Source of the DNA: an uncultured Pseudomonadota bacterium
GTDB taxonomy: Bacteria > Pseudomonadota > Alphaproteobacteria > RF32 > CAG-239
Direction of reading: 5' to 3'
DNA: 64,000 bases
NCBI GenBank assembly: GCA_949286215.1
Contig: CASDYX010000001.1
Span: 8,530-72,529 of the forward strand
The notes under the pieces are model-generated. The model saw only the letters and a list, made by a program, of their open reading frames with translations. It was not told the DNA's origin and did not search any database. Below are positions 60,076 to 64,000 of this stretch, piece after piece. Both the position numbers and the translations under genes were made by a program. Within the stretch, counting starts at the first letter, position 1, and the number at the start of each line of letters is the position of its first letter.

Positions 60076-61008
60076 ATGTCGGGTGTAGAAATTAAAAAAG
60101 TTAAGTCAGAAGATGACGGAATGCGACTGAACAGATGGTTTTTGAAGTATTATCCGAATTTGACTTTAGGAAGATTGCAAAAACTCTTGCGTACCAAGCA
60201 AATCAAGGTCGATGGAAAAAGGGCTGAAGCAAGTTTGAAATTGGTGGCCGGAAGTGAAGTGCGCGTGCCGCCGATGGATGACCAAAACATAACGGAAAAC
60301 AAAGTTCAAGTTTCCGGAAGAGATGCGAAATATATTACCTCTTTGGTGATTTATAAAGATGATAACATAATTGTGTTAAACAAACCATCGGGTTTGGCCG
60401 TGCAGGGGGGAACTAATACCGATAGGCATGTGGATGGAATGCTTGATGCCCTGTGTTTTGAAAAATCAGAAAAGCCAAAGCTTGTGCATAGAATTGATAA
60501 AAACACGAGTGGAATTTTGGTGTTGGCAAGGAATCGGACTTGGGCCGATAAGTTAACTAAGGCTTTCAGAGAACATTTGCTGCCCAAAACATATTTGGCT
60601 TTGGTGTGCAATACACCTAAAAAAGAATCGGGTGAGATTAAAGCTAATTTGGAAAAAATCGGTGAAAAAAGTGTGGTGACCGATGAGGGAAAACCTGCAA
60701 TTACAAGTTTTAGAGTTTTAGATGAAGTGGGAAGTAAATTTGCTTTGGTGGAAGCTATGCCTTTGACAGGGCGGACACACCAAATCAGAGCGCATATGGA
60801 ATATATCGGTTGTCCGATTGTTGGAGATGATAAATATTTTGGCAGGGAAAAACGTCAGAAATTTAAGGATATTCAAGATAAACTTTATCTTCACGCATAC
60901 AAAATTGATTTATCTGCCATATATAATAAAAAATTGGTTATTAAGGCTGCTTTGCCGACGCATTTTGCCGAGGCGTTAAAAACTCTTGGTATTGAATTTA
61001 AGGGGTAA
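60076..61008 (+). CDS. rluC: RluA-family pseudouridine synthase with S4 domain (RluC-like)
   Basis: NKPSGL, HRIDKNTSG, TGRTHQIR, LHA. Confidence 0.85.
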   Translation: MSGVEIKKVKSEDDGMRLNRWFLKYYPNLTLGRLQKLLRTKQIKVDGKRAEASLKLVAGSEVRVPPMDDQNITENKVQVSGRDAKYITSLVIYKDDNIIVLNKPSGLAVQGGTNTDRHVDGMLDALCFEKSEKPKLVHRIDKNTSGILVLARNRTWADKLTKAFREHLLPKTYLALVCNTPKKESGEIKANLEKIGEKSVVTDEGKPAITSFRVLDEVGSKFALVEAMPLTGRTHQIRAHMEYIGCPIVGDDKYFGREKRQKFKDIQDKLYLHAYKIDLSAIYNKKLVIKAALPTHFAEALKTLGIEFKG

Positions 61009-61012
61009 GAGG

Positions 61013-63184
61013 ATGAAAAAATTTTTTAAGGTTTTGTTTTTTGTAATTATGGTTTTAATCCTTGGTGTTTTGGGAGGTGGATATTATTTTCTCAAAACAT
61101 TTGATTTAAACGAATATAAAAAATATGCAGAAGATTTGGCCTCTAAAGAATTAGGACGAAAGTTAACCATTAATGGTGAGGCTAGTCTTGGAATTTCTCT
61201 AATCCCAACATTGGTAATTAATGATGTGGAGGTGGCTAATGCTCCTTGGGCGCAATATCCGCAAATGGTTAAAGTAAAACAATTGACGTTGGAATTTGCT
61301 TTGTTGCCGTTGCTCCAAAAGCAAGTGATTATCAATAATATTACACTGAGTGAGCCTGAGGTTTATTTAGAAGTGTCGGCTGAGGGAAAAGAAAACTGGG
61401 TACTGGGCGCTGAAGAAAAGGCTGCGGCAAAAAATTTGCCTGAGCCGAAGATGCCTCAAAAAACAGCTGAAGAGGTTAAGTTGCCCGTTGCTGAAACTTC
61501 ACAAGAGATTGTAAATGCAGAACCTACTCCGGCTAATGCTTTGGTGGCAGGTTTTGCTGCTAAAAACGTTACTATTCAAAATGCAATTTTGATGTTTGAT
61601 GATTTGAAAGCTAAAAGTCAGGTTAATGTGGCAATCAATTCTTTTAATTTGTCTATGAATAGTATGGATGCACCGATTAATATTAGTTTTGATGTGAATT
61701 ATGATCATCAACCCATTATCGGACAGGCGGTTTTAGGCTCTGTTAATGAATTTTTGAAAGCCGAAAATCCTTATGCGGTAGATGTTAATGTGAAGGCTTA
61801 TCAAATTCAGGCAAAAGCCAAAGGTGTGCTTAAAAACATTATGTCCGATATAGGTTATGATTTGGCGGTTAATGTTTATAATCCAGCGGGAAATTTTGGA
61901 GCACCTGAGACTACTTTGATTGCTGATTTGAGCGGGAATACCAAAAACATCAAAGCAGATATTTCTTCTCTAACCGTGGCAGGAAATGTTATTGCCGGTA
62001 TGGTTGAGGCCAATATTAATGCCGCTACGCCATATATCAAAGCTAACTTGAATTCGGCACAAATTGACTTGCAATCCTTTAGCCAAAGTAAGCCAATGGC
62101 TTTGAATTTGCCTGACTTTAGCATTATCGGAACAGCGCAAGCCTCACAGCTTGTTCCTGATGAGAAGGTGCCTTATGAGGTGCTAAATACGCTCAATGCC
62201 GATGTTATTCTCAATGTTAAAAACTTGATTGTTAATGAGGCGGTATCGGCACAAAATGTGGCACTGACGGCTGGTTTGAAAAATGGGGTGCTCAATGTTA
62301 AGCCTTTGGTTTTTGACTTTGGGCAAGGAAATATTGATGCGCAATTAAATGTTGATTCAAAAACACAAAAAATTGTGTTGAAGCTGAACAGCAAAAATAT
62401 TTTGCTCCAAGATTTACACAAAGAATTTGTGGTTGAAGGCCCTAAAGATTTCGGTATTAAATCGGGCGGTCAAACGCAAGTGTTTGCCGATGTTACAACA
62501 CAAGGTGCAACTTATCGCCAGTTGGTGCAAAATCTGAATGGTCAGGTTGTTACAATTGTTGGCGAATCGGTGGTGAATACTGGAAGTTTGCACTTTTTGA
62601 CCGGAAATATTTTAACTCAGCTTTTAAGTATGATTGATTTGAAGGTGAACAAAAATCCTGAAGTTAACTTGCAATGTGCCGTGGTTCGAACTGATTTAGG
62701 CTCTGGAAAAGCTAAGTTCCCGCAAAGTATTGCTATCCAATCTAAACAACTGAATTTGGTTAGCGATGGTGTGATTAATATGGTTAATGACAAAATCAGC
62801 TTTACGGTTACCCCGTCTTTTAGTTTGTCTGATACAAATGTGGCTCAGGCTTTGTCTTCTTTCATTAAGGTTGAGGGGACACTCGAAAATCCTAAAATTT
62901 CTTTAGATGAAAAACAAGCTCTGCAGACTTTAGTCGGTGTGGCAACAACGGGACCAGCTTTTATTGGCTCGCAATTGATTTTGGATAGCGGTAGCAGCCC
63001 GTGTTGGACGGCTTTACAAAAAACACCGTTTGCTAATCAATTTCCGGCTCCAAGCAAAGTTTCAACAATTAAGAATGATGCCGTTAAAGATTCAAAAGCG
63101 GCAGTGAAAGATGCCGGAAAGCAAATTGAAAAAAGTGTACGTGAAATTCGTGATAATTTTAAGATGTTGCTAAAATCTTTTTAG
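61013..63184 (+). CDS. AsmA family protein (likely start 61013)
   Basis: N-terminal TM, LGRKLTING, beta-rich AsmA pattern, VEGTLENP. Confidence 0.8.
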   Translation: MKKFFKVLFFVIMVLILGVLGGGYYFLKTFDLNEYKKYAEDLASKELGRKLTINGEASLGISLIPTLVINDVEVANAPWAQYPQMVKVKQLTLEFALLPLLQKQVIINNITLSEPEVYLEVSAEGKENWVLGAEEKAAAKNLPEPKMPQKTAEEVKLPVAETSQEIVNAEPTPANALVAGFAAKNVTIQNAILMFDDLKAKSQVNVAINSFNLSMNSMDAPINISFDVNYDHQPIIGQAVLGSVNEFLKAENPYAVDVNVKAYQIQAKAKGVLKNIMSDIGYDLAVNVYNPAGNFGAPETTLIADLSGNTKNIKADISSLTVAGNVIAGMVEANINAATPYIKANLNSAQIDLQSFSQSKPMALNLPDFSIIGTAQASQLVPDEKVPYEVLNTLNADVILNVKNLIVNEAVSAQNVALTAGLKNGVLNVKPLVFDFGQGNIDAQLNVDSKTQKIVLKLNSKNILLQDLHKEFVVEGPKDFGIKSGGQTQVFADVTTQGATYRQLVQNLNGQVVTIVGESVVNTGSLHFLTGNILTQLLSMIDLKVNKNPEVNLQCAVVRTDLGSGKAKFPQSIAIQSKQLNLVSDGVINMVNDKISFTVTPSFSLSDTNVAQALSSFIKVEGTLENPKISLDEKQALQTLVGVATTGPAFIGSQLILDSGSSPCWTALQKTPFANQFPAPSKVSTIKNDAVKDSKAAVKDAGKQIEKSVREIRDNFKMLLKSF

Positions 63185-63196
63185 GAGAAGTTGTAA

Positions 63197-63697
63197 ATGA
63201 CGACTAATTTTAAGGCTATGGTGAAAGATGTTGCTCAGCATCGAGAAGAAATTATTGAACGTATGGTCAATTTTTCTTTAACTGATACGCTCTTGTTTCG
63301 TAATCCTGATGCGGTGGAGTTGATTGAAGAAGAGCGCAAAGTTTGGGACCCGATTGTTGAATGGGCTAAAGAAAAAATGCAGGCCAAATTTCAGACGACG
63401 GAAAGTTTGGAAGTACCTGTTGAGAATAACGCGTCTTTGCCTCGCTTGCAGGTTTTTTTAGAATCTTTGTCTGATAAAGAATTAGTAGCTTTTTATGAGG
63501 TTTCTAAAATTACTAAATCCGTTCTATTGGCAGCGGCGTTTGTTAAGGGAAAAGTAAATGCCGATGAGGCTTTTAGAGCTGCCTTTTTGGAAGAAATTTG
63601 GCAAGCCGATAAATGGGGGCATGAAGCACTGGCAGATAAACGTCGCGATGAGATTAAACAAGAACTCAAAGATGTGGAAGATTTTTTGAAAGACTAA
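63197..63697 (+). CDS. ATP12 chaperone-family protein (N-terminally short)
   Basis: TDTLLFR, WDPIVEW, AAFLEEIWQADKWG. Confidence 0.75.
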   Translation: MTTNFKAMVKDVAQHREEIIERMVNFSLTDTLLFRNPDAVELIEEERKVWDPIVEWAKEKMQAKFQTTESLEVPVENNASLPRLQVFLESLSDKELVAFYEVSKITKSVLLAAAFVKGKVNADEAFRAAFLEEIWQADKWGHEALADKRRDEIKQELKDVEDFLKD

Positions 63698-63987
63698 TGC
63701 AAAAAGAAGTTTTTATCAAAATTAAAGGTCGCGTTCAAGGTATTGGATTTCGTTGGTGGGCAGTGAAAACCGCCAATGAAATCGGTGGGTTGTCCGGCTG
63801 GGTGCATAATGAGGCTGACGGCTCGGTTGAGATAATGATGCGCGGCGAAGAAGAAAAAATTGATGAAATGGTGTTGGCATGCCATTCGGGACCGCCTTTG
63901 GCAAGAGTTGATTCCGTCTCCTTTGTGGTGGGCAGATGGTCTTGCTTTTTGCCCCCGATTGAAGAGGGTGTTTTTAAGCGATTTTAA
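63697..63987 (+). CDS. acyP: Acylphosphatase
   Basis: GRVQGIGFR, GWVHN..DGSVE, GPPLARV. Confidence 0.9.
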   Translation: MQKEVFIKIKGRVQGIGFRWWAVKTANEIGGLSGWVHNEADGSVEIMMRGEEEKIDEMVLACHSGPPLARVDSVSFVVGRWSCFLPPIEEGVFKRF

Positions 63988-64000
63988 GAGAGTTCGGACT

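Overview
Gene-dense, AT-rich chromosomal segment of an alphaproteobacterium. The gene order and protein style suggest a Rhodospirillales-like lineage, possibly the uncultured gut RF32 type; that placement is inference only. Most of the window is housekeeping: addB-addA-trxA, rpsF-rpsR-rplI, a ComM/YifB ATPase, hslVU-hemW, lptG, cysK, gmk, ampG, smr-mltA-timA/secB, rimP-nusA-ylxR-infB-rbfA, truB-rpsO-pnp, rplY-pth-ychF, trmL, thyA, carD, apaG, hslO, recX, truA and rarA-crcB-rluC-asmA-atp12-acyP. I found no rRNA, tRNA, CRISPR array, transposase or integrase. Main observations: (1) A family of ~125-bp palindromic elements resembling Rickettsia palindromic element RPE-1 occurs at three loci. One forms a 2.3-copy in-frame tandem (123 bp = 41 aa) inside truA, just before the catalytic motif; one overlaps the trmL 3' end; one directly follows the stop of a single-domain L25 gene. 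(2) An orphan, divergent VirD4-like coupling protein sits next to a pentapeptide-repeat protein and a divergent TolC-SPOR lipoprotein. (3) Several orphan genes are inserted singly into conserved gene clusters and share a terminator-promoter-SD-less leader layout; they include three membrane-anchored OB/S1-like proteins after pnp and a tandem ACP-like protein. (4) A large secreted protein carries a trypsin-like domain that appears catalytically dead. All family calls come from motifs read by eye; no database searches were run.
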